In this document: positions 12,865-25,200 of the stretch, piece by piece
Numbering within the stretch: the first letter of the stretch is position 1
Layout: every line of letters starts with the position of its first letter
NCBI RefSeq assembly: GCF_009914755.1
Contig: NC_060926.1
Source of the DNA: the human T2T-CHM13v2.0 reference genome, Homo sapiens
Reading direction: 5' to 3' (one strand)
DNA length: 64,000 nt
The notes under the pieces: generated by a model
What the model was told of the DNA's origin: nothing
Seen by the model: only the letters and a program-made list of their open reading frames with translations
Database searches by the model: none
Made by a program: the position numbers and the translations under genes

Positions 12865-13470
12865 TATCTCTAATAAATCCTACCTCATAGAGTCATCGTA
12901 AAAATTGCATGAGATGAATTTATGTAAAATGCTTAGAAGACTGCCAGGCATATTTTTTGCTCAATAGGTGTTATCATTATCAATTAGATGAGGGATTATA
13001 GCTAAATGCAATAAATACAAAATTGCATTGAGCAAAATAGACAGCAATTTGTTTTGTATGGTTAATCACACATAGCTGGCATAGTGCAAAAAAAAAAAGA
13101 AACTATTTTAGATGGATATAGCAATATTATTGCTTCTGAGTGTGACACATGGCTTTGGACATTCACATATGGCAAACACTTGGCAGTCCCTAATTATATT
13201 CAAGAAGAATTTTTATCAATTGGGGGCTTTCTTTGAGAAGGGTCGTTTAACAGCCGAGGGTTAAAGATTGCATTTAAAGAAAGAAAAATTGTTAGATAAT
13301 TTCTGGGTAGTTAGACTTCTAAAGATGTGTATTTATGAGTCCCCTACTTTTTTCCCATATCCTCTAATTTCTTTCTAATTTGGTCACTATGTAGTACACA
13401 ACTTACCACAGATGTGATAACAGCATCTTGAGGTAAGATGCTCAAGGGTGATTGGTTTTTCTCATATTAA
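12865..13470. repeat. Right arm of local inverted duplication; contains the MIR at ~12875-12980
   Basis: It is the reverse complement of 10747-11215 and carries two extra segments (~13169-13289 and ~13424-13440). Confidence 0.97.
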
Positions 13471-14234
13471 GTGTAGTTTTTCATTATCACCGGTTTAAAG
13501 CTTGTATGATAGGATCCTTTGAATGATTTCTCAGCAAAGATTGACAAGACATTTCTGAACTATGATCTCCTTGAATAGAGGGCCAAAGCTTTTTTTCTTG
13601 TTGTTGCTGGTATTCCTCTCTGATGCTTTGGACACAATGGGGACTCTATGCTCATTGGATCAGGAAATGAGAAATAGGTTAATTCCTTGTTTGAGTCAAA
13701 ATTAATATATAGCCAAAAGATTCTGTTTGTGTCATGTGAAAACTAAAGCATTTTTGGGTGGCTTGTGGAATAACCTAAAGAGATGATTGGCAAAAAATAT
13801 GAAACAGTGGATAAAACAAAAAGTACCGTATGACGTTTTCTAGGACTTTCAGTTGTGATCAAAACAGATATGGTTGTTGCCCATATAAGACTTGAATCTG
13901 ACACATTAGCTTAGCCATGATCACTTGCACCTCAATTCCCAAGATCAAATGCCTCATTTCCCTAATGGATCTAGGAATGATGACTTTATACTATAACATA
14001 TTTTTTGCATTGTCATTACTATTAGCAGCTGAAAATAGATGATATCCTTCTCTGGGAAATATGTGATGCTCTTCTGTGTGAAACTGCCCCAAGAGTAAGC
14101 GAAGTAGGTGGTTCTGGATATCAATAAATATAAAAAAATTATTCAAAGACAATCTCAGTACATAAGATGCCATAATTAGTGACCCATTTCTTGATTTTAA
14201 GGCTACAGATGTTTGAAATATCTTTATAATGCAA

Positions 14235-15310
14235 GTTCACTAGGGTTTCCATCTTTCTGCTTATACTCCTCTCTGTTCTTGCATGTTTCCTTTTTTCCAT
14301 TATGACCCTTAGTATATTAATCATAATTGTTTTAAATTTCCAGTCTGATAATGTCATATCAGAGTTTGGGTCCAATGCTTGTTTTGTCTCTTCTGACTAT
14401 TTTTTGCCTTTTAGCATACTTCTTAAATTTTTGTTGGTAGTCAAGACATGCCAAATCAGGAATGGAGATAAACAGGTGATAGGAAGACTAAATGGGCCTG
14501 GAGTTGGGTATCTGCCTTCCACCCATTCAGTTTCATCTGGTACAAGTTGTTTAGGCTCTAATAAAATAGTGCCCTTGGGGACAGGCCTTTTTTTTTTTTT
14601 TTTTTTTTTTTCGAGACGGAGTCTCGCTCTGTCACCGGTTGAGTGAAGTGGCACGATCTTGATCTTGGCTCACTGCAACCTCTGCCTCCCGGGTTCAGGG
14701 GATTCTCCTGCTTCAACCTCCTGAGTTGCTGGGACTACAGGCACATGCCACCACACCCAGCTAATTTTTGTATTTTTTTAAGTAGAGAGGGGGTTTCACC
14801 ATGTTGGCCAGGATGATCTTGATCTCTGAGGGCAGGCTTTTTTTAAAGGAGAATAGAATGCTCTAGTGGTATTTCAAAGCAGTAAATTCCTCCTTTGGTA
14901 GGAAATATGAGGAGGGTTTTCTCTGATCTTCACCTGAGAAACTGATGGGGAACTCATGAAGGTAAAACTGCTAAAAATGTGTTGGCCTCCCTAAGAATGA
15001 GACGCCAGAATTCTTAACACTCAAGCTCATCTATACTGAGCCTCCAGCAGTTTGTTAATCAGTTTTAGTTTTCCTGTCAGGTTTGACTCCAGCAGTGGGG
15101 TAATGCTCTTGGCTTCTGCTCCAATAAGCTATGAGTCTCTGTAGTCACCTGGCTATCCAATTTTCAGGAAGGGGGCTTGCCCTGTGACTTAAATTCTCTC
15201 ATGGATCTAAGAAGAATTATGCATTTTGTGTTTGTTCAGCTTTTTTCTTGCAGGGAGAATGGGGAATAATGACTTTCTTGCTCTACCTGTCAGTCCAGAA
15301 ACCAGAATTC
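14235..15310 (-). mobile_element. Old L1M (L1M4/L1MC-type) 5' UTR/ORF1-start fragment, interrupted by an Alu
   Basis: 'catattaatcataattgttttaaatttccagtctgataat'-type text and the terminus 'ttgttcagcttttttcttg...ccagaaaccagaattcc' fit this family. The reverse-strand ORF 14139-14375 (KTIMINILRVIMEK) resembles L1 ORF1. Confidence 0.65.
14588..14827 (-). mobile_element. 5'-truncated Alu (AluSc-like)
   Basis: It has a polyT tail, the Alu right arm and part of the left arm. 'ccaggatgatcttgatctct' is AluSc-type. An imperfect TSD is seen: ggggacaggcc / gagggcaggc. Confidence 0.9.
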
Positions 15311-15424
15311 CACAAGACTTTTTTGGGTGTCTTTTATCTTTCACTATCAATGAATATATAAGATGCTCCTCTAAAGGCAACCTTTGTGGCTAAGCAAGGA
15401 TTGTGAAGGCCTTTGATATTTGTA

Positions 15425-15830
15425 AAGTGGCTATCAAGCTCATCAAAACCTATGTTTTTCCCTTTTCACTGGGCACTAAGATTATATTTTCTGTCTTCTC
15501 TGGTAGTAGGTTTATCCATGTGACTGAATTATGACCCAAAGTAATGTGAACAGAAGTGGCCTGGCCCATAACATTCTTCTGCAATAATTATGACTCTACT
15601 GCTTCATCTGCAAGCTTAATGGAAAAGACTCTGGGAATCTAGAGGGATAAGGAGCCACAAGATGGAAGAAACCAGAGTACCCTGATGGTTCTGTGGAACA
15701 CAATCCATCTACCTTTCCCTCCTCCACATTAACCCACTCCGAACTGTGATGTGAGCAAGAAGTGAACTTTTCACATGTTACACGACTTAAATGTCATTGT
15801 TTGTTATGGTAGCCTACAGTGACTAATGCA
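15425..15830 (+). mobile_element. ERVL solo LTR (LTR16A-like)
   Basis: Diagnostic stretches: 'ctgggcac...atccatgtgactgaatt...aatgtgaacagaagtggcctggcccataa', 'ggagccacaagatggaagaa', and the end 'gactaatgca'. Confidence 0.7.
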
Positions 15831-15899
15831 AGCAGAAAAGAGGAATTTTCTCTGAGGGGAAGGAAGACACACAAAAGGGAAACTGTAGTCACATAAACA

Positions 15900-16335
15900 G
15901 TTACATGCGACAATCATACCCTCTAAAACTCTCTCCAGATTTATGCACAAGCCCTGCCTCCTCCAAAAGGGCCTTATAGTTCACATTCTACTACTGTTGA
16001 ATTTCTGATAGCTATTCATTGTGTATTATCTCACACCATTCCTATCATATTAATTGCCCTACCTGGAAAATCCTTTCACTTTTATGTGCTCGGCTTTTTA
16101 AATTCATTCTTCAAGAGTTAGCTTGGGCATCTCTTCCAAGAAGCTTTTGCAGTGCTGCCAAGGCCAGAGTAGATGGGTAAATATTTTTTGAACTAAACTG
16201 AGTATGATTCACCTTGCTAGTCATGTGAAGGAATAAAGTTAAAAAGTAGCTGCATCAAGAAACTACATTTCCTATGACTGAGATATTGAGAACAGTGTCT
16301 GGCAGTTTGCTCGTGATCAATACTAAATATCTGTT
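15900..16335 (+). mobile_element. L2 3' fragments
   Basis: 'ctacctggaaaatcc...ttcattcttcaagagttagcttgggcatctcttccaagaagctt' and 'gaacagtgtctggcag...tcaatactaaatatctgtt' resemble L2. Confidence 0.5.
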
Positions 16336-16789
16336 TCATGTCTAGGATTTCCTTTGGTATAATGCAAACCCAAGGAATTGTGACACAGTGTCTGCCTTAT
16401 AAAGAATTTCTATCTGGATGGAGGAGATAGGCTTCACTAACTAGGCTAGTGATTTTTAGATTTAGATGCAACAAACTCATCCTGCTCAAAATGTAGATTG
16501 TTGGTTGATTCTCATGCAAGTGCTCTGCAGACCAGAATTAGCAACACTGCACCAGTCTGTGCCCTTCCTGAATGACAATCACTTGTACCTAGTCTACTGT
16601 CTATAGGCATTCAGCCTGTGATTGAAATGAGACAATTAAGCCATGAGAGAAGAATACATACTCCAGTGAATTGAACTACATAAACTATAAGCTTGTAGGA
16701 TTTCAGATAAAAGAGACTGATAGAGGCCAGCATAGTCAAAGAAGGCATCAAGAAGTTAGGATTTGAATGAGAGTATCAGAATAGAAGCC

Positions 16790-16985
16790 ACAAGGATTGT
16801 GTACTCAGACAACTCTGGATTTGAATTACAGATCCATCACTTAGTAGCTGTTTAACTTCCCATAGCTTGTATTTTCTCTTCTGTAAAAGGGAGGTTCAAA
16901 GCAAGGCTTTGCATTTCTATTTTGAGGATTAAAGTGCCTAGCATAGTGCCTGACTCAGTGTGTTTTTCAATTCATACCAGCTATC
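16790..16985 (+). mobile_element. MIR
   Basis: 'ctggatttgaattacagatccatcacttagtagctgt...ttctcttctgtaaaaggg...gaggattaaagtgcctagcatagtgcctgac' is MIR-like. Confidence 0.75.
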
Positions 16986-18199
16986 TTTTCTCAAAGAATG
17001 AGCTCTATTTGGATAAAGTTTTATATTTTTATAGTGACAAAGGATTTCAGATATCATCTTTTAACTAGTGATCTAAATTTGTATTATTTATTGCTATAAT
17101 CAGCTCATTTAATTGTGTTTCAGATATAAATATAATAAAATGAAAGTACTCTGGGTCACAGAGAAATTTAGAAGCAAAACTCAAATCTGAACAGTATAAG
17201 AAGGGATTATTAGAGGTATGCATTTTTTTATTACAACAATTGAATGGTCTTATCTAAAAAGATGTATTTTTTTCTTCAAAAGAAAATAAGTCCCAAAGTT
17301 CCTGGAACATCAGAAGAGATGTTCAGACAGCCTTCATTCCCATTTAACTGCTGGCTTTTGCTTCATTTGTGTCCTAAAATGGAGTCGTACATTACGTGGA
17401 AAAAAGAAACCAAGGACTGACCTTAGCATACACTGAAGGTTTAGGTCACATTCTTCAGAGATTATTTACCAAAAGCTTTGCTGTGTGATCAGAAATAAAA
17501 AGAAGCAAAATATGGAAAAAATATGGGCATTAAAAAAATATTAAATATCTTAGTTGAAATCTAAAAGGCAGTTTTAATCCTGAAAGAATAATAGGTAGAA
17601 AATAACACAAGGTGCAGCGCTTGTGGAAGGAAAGCCTATTCTGACTAGATTCAGGTACCTCTTCAGAGGCTGGGCCTGCAAAGTAGATACTCACAGATTG
17701 GTTAGGCTGTTCTTAGATGCTGATGGTTCTTACGAGCCCTCTTTCCTTTGTTACACAGGCTCTTTTGGTTGTGTGGCCAGCACCATTAGTTAATAAGCAC
17801 AGATGTCTAAGTACCACCATGTCATTGGATCTCCAAACCCATTTCTTTGTCACCATCCAGTGCTCTTTTGCAGTAAACAAGCCCCGTTTCTTGCTTCCTG
17901 GTCTCTGTCTTTGTGCTCAGCAATACTGAGTTGCATTGATTTCCAGGAGACACCAAGGTCTTCTTTGAACCTTGCTGAAATCTTCTCCTCTCTCTGGACT
18001 GCTCATTCTGTTCACTTTCTTCATCTCTAACACATTACTGGTTAAATATTGAATCTGTCTTTAACATTTGGATCAGGCAGGCATTTTATCCAACAAGAAG
18101 AAAAATCTGACTAAACTTCCACTTCTTAGAGTCTTGGTTAGATGTTTGCAGGTAGAGAGTGGAATCATTGGAAAACTGACATCTTTATGTTATTATGTC

Positions 18200-20560
18200 T
18201 TTCTACTAAATAGCTTGATACCTTTCTCATTTATTGAAGTCTTTTTTTATGTTTGTAAGTGGAGGTTTATATCTTTCTTAATATAATTTTATAAACTTTA
18301 TTTCTAGTTTTTGGTTTTTTATTAGCTGTTTTGACTGGGCTCTCTCATCTCTCTGTGAATATATATGTGTGTGTGTATATGTATGTATGCTTACAGGTTT
18401 TAGCTGTTATAAACTAAAACAGTAGGTTTGTAATATATATAGTTATTTGTACTGTCACTTTACTGAATTATATGTTTATGTTTAGAGTTTTAGAATTATA
18501 TGTCTTTGATTTCACAGCAATATTACTAAGATCATATGCAAAAATTAAAATAAAATTTCAGATGTCAAAATCTATTTTATGACATATACTGGAAGGTTTC
18601 AGAATAATTTAAATGTTAGTATCAATGGAAAAGTTTGTTTTTTTTTTATTTTAGTGGTATTGACTCTAGTTTGAGTAAATAAATATGGTTCACAGCTTTT
18701 ACTCAATAAAAGAGGATCCTCTTGAATATCTAACTGTCTACTTCTCCATTAATTACCATTAATGCCATTCCCCTGTGTTCCCAGTAAGTATAACTCTTAC
18801 ATCTAGCTTAATGAGTTGAATATTTAGTCACTTATTTTAATTACCTTGATTTCATAGTAAAAGCAGCAAAAGCTATGAACTTCCTGTACTTCCTTGGCTT
18901 CTTTGCAACACACATATATGTATATGTGTGTGTATATATGTGTATATATATATGTGTGTATATATATATGTGTGTGTGTATATATATAAAATGGTCATTC
19001 TTTTATGACTAGTCTGGTATCTATATTTTTGATTATGATTTTGCTCTGTTTTAAATGTATTCTTGACACATAGCAGATGTACAATAAATGAGTTCCCTCA
19101 GCTATATAGGTGAGTAGTTTGGGGAACAGTTTGTAAGTGACCGTATTTTGTTTATCCTTTTGCTATTACTTTGAAGTTTATTTTGAATATTTAGAAAAGT
19201 TTCGCTGCACATTTTTCGTTTCTATAATTGGAAAAAAATTTCATTAATGGCATATATATGAACAAATTTTATATACAGCAACTAGCAATGGAAAATATTG
19301 CATATTCTTTGTGAACAAAGTATTATCTATGATTATTATCTGATTATTATCTAAGAAATCATTCAAAAACATGTATATATATACACATGTTTTTATGTAA
19401 TATTCATAGCAAGATATAACATTATTAATATTACTATTGCTTCTAGTTTATAGTTTGCTTTTGGCTTTTCTAGTATTGATAATTTCTATGTAATTGTATG
19501 CCTAGTGTGGTACTTGTATTTTAGATGTGATTTTTAGATTGAAACAAATCTTACATTTTATATATAACCTCACTTTTATTTGGATATTCTTCTCTCTAGT
19601 TTGCTTATTTTCACTGTTCTATATGGTTCTGTGCTGTTACATATATTTTCCCCATTGTTTGCTATAGATTTCAAAACTCGCTTTTTCGTGTCTTTACTGA
19701 TCTGGCATTTGTGTATATTATTTTTGTGTTATTTTACTTAAAACAAATGTATATGTGTGTGTATATACATATATGTGTATATATGAAAGCTTTTCGATAG
19801 ATAATTTAATTTTGTTTCTTCTTTTAACCTAAAGGATAAATATACATTGAGTAAACCAACTTGAGATCCAATATCAAGATTTTTATTTCCCCTTTCCGTT
19901 GTATCCCTTCTCTGTTTTGTTTAAATAACTTCTTAAGATTTAGATTGATATTATTCATGACTTTATGGGTTTTACACATTTTTAAGATTAGGTTTATTTC
20001 ATTTTCGTTGGATATCAAGATATGTTAATATCAGTTTTTGAAATTTATTCAATTTTATCAGTTTTATGATTATTCTTTTACATTTTGCTTTCTCTTATTC
20101 AAACTTATAAAAAGGTTTGTTTATATTTTTGAATAATTATTTTCCCTAGGAGGACCATTAAATACCAGTTAGTCTTGGCGTGTGTGAAAATATTTTCCTC
20201 TTTCATCAATGAAAATTAAATTTATATAGAATTTTAGGATAAACCTTCTCCCCACCTCAAACTCTGTAAATCATTTACTATCCTCTTGCATTTAATACTT
20301 TAAAAGTCTACTGTACAACCTTGTTTTTTTTTATTTGATAAATTTTTCCCTTTAAATGATTGCAGGTCTTTATCCCCTTTTAAATATCTATTTAAATATC
20401 TATTTAGTCAGTTTGTGGGTTCTTCTGTATCTAAATGTGGATCTATGAACATCAAAATGCCTACATTAAGATCATCATCAAATTAGTTTTATCTTATAAA
20501 ATATTTGTCTTGTGATTTTAAATGGTAAATTATTTTAATTCATTATTTATGTGTTGTAGT
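18200..20560 (-). mobile_element. Highly degenerate L1ME-type fragment
   Basis: A long T-rich antisense-L1-like tract, e.g. 'aaatttatatagaattttaggataaac' and 'aaaagtctactgtacaaccttg'. Boundaries are uncertain. Confidence 0.45.
18908..18988. repeat. (TA)n/(TG)n compound microsatellite
   Basis: Directly visible. Confidence 0.9.
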
Positions 20561-20835
20561 AACTAATATAGTTCTTGGCACAAAGAATGATGTACTGATT
20601 GACAAATATTTTAAGAAACACCTTGCTTTTACAATGTCATTTTGCAAGGGAGAGGTATCAAGGAAATTCCTGCTTTCTTAGAGGATCACTGTTCAAAGGA
20701 GAAGGAGGATAAAGTTGGCAATGGACCAAGCCCAGTGAAAAGAAGTTGCTACGTAGTGTGGCAATTCTATCTGGGTCTTCCCTGTTCTGGCCAGGACTTG
20801 AGTGCTCATCTTCCCTTCACTTCAGGGGATTAGAC

Positions 20836-21371
20836 CAGAGGCCCCCAACCCTGGTACTGGTCTATGGACTAGTTCCTAACTAGTCTTAGTTAGGAACCAG
20901 GCCACACGGAAGGAGGTGAGCGGCAGGCAAGCTAGTGAAGCTTCATCTGTATTTACAGCTGCTCCCCATCACTCTCATTACCGCCTGAGCTCTGCCCCCT
21001 GTGAGATGAGTGATAGCATTGGATTCTAATAGGAGCACGAACCCTATTGTGAACTGCACATGCAAGGGATCTAGGGTGAATGCCCCTTATGAGAATCTAA
21101 TGCCCAATGATCAGTCACTGTGTCCCATCACCTCCAGATGGGACTCTCTAGTTGCAAGAAAATAAGCTCAGGGCTCCCACTGATTCTACATTATGGTGAG
21201 TCATATGATTATTTCATTATATATTACAATGTAATAATAATAGAAATAAAGTGCACAATAGATGCAATGCACTTGAATTATCCTGAAACCATCCATCCCT
21301 TCCCCACCAGTCTGTGGAAAAATTGTCTCCTATAAAATTAGTCCTTGGTACCCAAAGGTTGAGGACTACTG
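20836..21371 (+). mobile_element. MER1A (hAT-Charlie non-autonomous DNA transposon), full length
   Basis: TIRs 'cagaggcccccaacc' / 'ggttgaggactactg', an 8-bp TSD gattagac / gagtagag, and characteristic internal text ('gaagcttcatctgtatttacagctgctcccca'). Confidence 0.9.
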
Positions 21372-21601
21372 GAGTAGAGGATAAGGTAGAGGAAGGGCTC
21401 AACTAAGTAAAATGAAGGCTGTTTCTATAACCTGAAATACATTGCTATTCTGTCTATGTGGTTTCTACCTCTGGCAATAAAATACATTATGAAATATAAA
21501 GTATTACATGATATCTAATAATCCCTTATGTGATCGAATTTATAGGTATTCTTTCTATGAAACGAAGTAAAACTTTAAATGCATTGTCACTATTATTCAT
21601 T

Positions 21602-21646
21602 TATATATATATATAAATATATATATGTGTGTGTGTGTGTGTGTAT
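21602..21646. repeat. (TA)n(TG)n microsatellite
   Basis: Directly visible. Confidence 0.9.
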
Positions 21647-22207
21647 ACCACTACACTAAAACTAAATTAAAATAACATAGTCTCTATTACCTAGGCATGT
21701 CAGCCTTGAAAAATAATTCAATAATAATTTATTAAGGGCCTATTAGATGTCAGATCTGTTGTGGAGTCTGTATTACACTGATTTGAATAACACAGAAAAC
21801 TGAGAAAATACCTGAGGTAACTAAACCTTGTGCGAGCTTACATTATGCAAAAGTAAAGAAATGAATATAAATATGTGGACTAAAGTTAGTATAAAAAGAA
21901 GAAGGTACAGGAACCATATCAGGATCTAAACCTTTTAGAGCTTATCAGAAATAACCTTATTTATTCCCCTTGTCTCTGTCAAATAAAAAGAAAAACAGTA
22001 AAATCCAGACAGTAAAAATGACTTGTCCATGATTAAAGAATTGGTCAGTTTTCAGCAAATGACTACACAGACCCAAGGATTTGTAACAACTACTCTATGA
22101 AATAATACCTAATATTTATTGGATTCTTATAATATACTAGGTAGGGTCATACTATCCAAATTTATCCTCTCATGAACACTAAGAAATGAGTAATAGTGAC
22201 AATGCAA

Positions 22208-25200
22208 AGAAAACTGCAGATAGGAGGCAGGACTAACTGGCAGATGAACAGGACACCATGTGGAGACTCATATTGTGAACTCTTGCTCCAAGAAATACTG
22301 CAGGAACATATCAGGAAAGCTGAGAGAATCCACAGACCCTTTGAAGGAAGCAGCCTGTCTCTGCAGGCTCCGCAAGGCAGCTGAAAAACTGAATGCCCAA
22401 AGTGTGAGGGGGAAATGTCTACCCCTGAACACACATGTTCATTGGGGAAACTGAAGGTCCAGATCTCAGGAGAAGGACTTGACCTTACCTGAAGCTGAGA
22501 TGAATTTAGAGATCTGAGCAAAATACAGGGGTAGACGAAGCAGCAGGAGAAGCCTTGTGGGCACTCTTAGCCCTAGGGAAGTCATTTCTGACTTTGTCTC
22601 ACAGCAATCTTTGGGGTGGGCTGCCAGTGGAACGGGGGAAGGACCACAGGAAGAAAGAAAATTCCAGTTGAACTTTGTAACAAAGTTACTAAGTTGCCTG
22701 CGCAGATCCTAGGTGAGGGGGTAAACCAGGAGTGCAGATACCAGCATAGAAGCCACAGAAGCCATGGTAGGCAGGGAGGCTGAAACCTGAAAACCCTGCT
22801 TGCTTTCTCAGCAGGGAGGCTTGTAGCCTGGGATAAGTTCTCAGCCATGCTCAACAACTGCCTGGAAATAAACTCAGTGCTGTTTGGGGGACACAGTGGG
22901 AGTGCGACTGGCCTTTCAGGCTACGTGGGAGCTGGGTGAGGCCTGTCACTGGGGGCTTTCCCCAACTTCCTTGGCGACCTGTATGAAGCTGCAGAGGCAG
23001 CCATAATCCCACTGGGAACATAACTCCATTGGCCTGAGAACAACACCCCCAACCCCACATTGGCCACAGCAAGCCCTGCCAAAGGAGAGTCTGAGCTCAG
23101 ACCCCATGCCCCACAGTAGCCACAGCAAGCCCCGCCTAACCCTGCCCCAACCTGATGATCTTTCTCTACCTGACCTCTTAGCCGAAGACAAAAGACAATC
23201 TCTTGGGAGCTCGGTAGCACTACCCACCACCTGAGAAACCCAAATACTTATCCAGGTGACCTTAGTGCAATCTTGTATCCTCCTGATACTAGCTGACAGC
23301 TGCTGCTGTCTTGAAAGTGCTGCCTCCTCCTAGCAAGAGGACAACTGATGCAAAACTAGCACACTAAACAAAACTACAACCAAGGACCCTCACAGAGTCC
23401 ACTTCACTCCCCTGCTACCTCCACCAGAGCAGGTGCTGATATCCACAACTGAGAGACTTGAAGATGGATCACAACACAGGACTCTGCAGAAACCCCCCAG
23501 TATGAGCCCAAAGCCAGGTAACTCTGCTAGGTGGCTAGACTCAGAGGAGAAATAACAATCCCTGCAGTTTGGCTCTCAGGAAGTCCCATTGCTAGGGAAA
23601 GTGGGAGAGCACCACATCAAGGAAGCACCATATGGGACAAAAGAATCTTATCAACAATCCTGGAGCCCTAGATCTTCCCTTTGACATAGTCTACCAAAAT
23701 AAGAAGGAACCAGAAAAACAATTCCTGTAATATGACAAAATAAGGTTCTTTAACACCCCCAAAAGATCACCAGCAATGGATCCAAACCAGGAGAAAATAT
23801 CTCTGAATTGCCAGAAAAATAATTCAGAAGGTTGGTTATTAAGCATATCAAGAAGGCACCAGAGAAAAGTGAAGTCCCATTTAGAGAAATCAAAAACGTG
23901 ATGCAGAATATGAAAGGAAAAATCTTCAGTGAAATAGCACAGATAAAAAAAATCACAACTATATAGGAGGGATATGTTTAGAGAAATGAAAAATGCATTG
24001 GAAAGTCTTAGCAATAAAATTGAACAAGTAGAAGAAAGAACTGCAGAGCTCGAAGGCGAGGCTTTTGAGTTAACCCAGTCCAGCAAGGACAAAGTAAAAA
24101 GAACAACAACAACAACAACAAAAATGAACAAAGCCTCCAGGAGGTTTGGCATTATGTTAAATAACCAAACATAGGAGTAATTGGCATTCTCGAGGAAGAA
24201 GACAAATCTACAAGTTTGGAAAATATATTTGAGGGAGTAATCAAGGAAAATTTTCCTGGCCTTGCTGGAGACCAAGACATCCAAATACAAGAAGCTCAAA
24301 GAACGCCCAGGAAATTCATGGCAAAAAAGATCATTGCCTAGGCATATAATCATCAGGTTATCTAAAGTCAAGTCAAAGGAAAGAATCTTAAGAGCTGTAA
24401 GGTAAAATCATCAGGTTACCTATAAAGGAAAACCTATCAAATTAACAGCAGATTCTTAGCAGGAACCCTACAAGCTAGAAGGGATTGGAGCCCTATCTTC
24501 AGCCTCCTTGAACAAAACAACTATCAGTCAAAAATTTCGTATCCAGCGAAACTAAGCTTCATAAATGAAGGAAAGATACAGTCTTGTGGGAAGTCAGGGA
24601 CCCCGAAGGGAAGGACAGGCTGGAGCCATGGCAGAGGAACATAAATTGTGAAGATTTAATGGACATTTATCACTTCCCTAATAATACTCGTATAATTTCT
24701 TATGCCTGTTTTACTTTAATCTCTTAATCCTGTTATCTTCGTAAACTGAGGATGTACATCACCTCAGGATCACTGTGATGATTGTGTTAACTGTACAAAT
24801 TGATTGTAAAACGTGTGTTTGAACAATATGAAATCAGTGCACCTTGAAAAAGAATAGAATAACAGCAATTTTTAGGGAACAAGGGAAAACAACCTTAAGG
24901 TCTGACTGTCTGCATGGTCGGGCAAAAAGAGCCATATTTTTCTTCTTGCAGAGAGCCTATAAATGGACGTGCAAGTAGGAGAGATATCGCTAAATTCTTT
25001 TCTTAGCAAGGAATATTAAGACCCTAGGAAAAGAATTGCTTTCCTGGGGGGAGGTCTATAAACGGCCACTCTGGGAGTGTCTGTCTTATGTGGTTGAAAT
25101 AAGGACTGAAACACGCCCTGTTCTCCTGCAGTACCCTCAGGCTTATTAGGTTGAGGAAAAAAACCACTCCCTGGTAAATTTGAGGTCAGATCCGTTCTCT

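Noticed and set aside
11217-23720. The two L1PB 5' UTRs as parts of one inverted or duplicated element
   Set aside because: They differ substantially, have different indels and have unrelated flanks, so they are better explained as independent insertions.
23691-24371. 226-aa ORF on the minus strand
   Set aside because: It is the antisense shadow of the L1PB ORF1 remnant, with the F/L/S-rich composition typical of such shadows.
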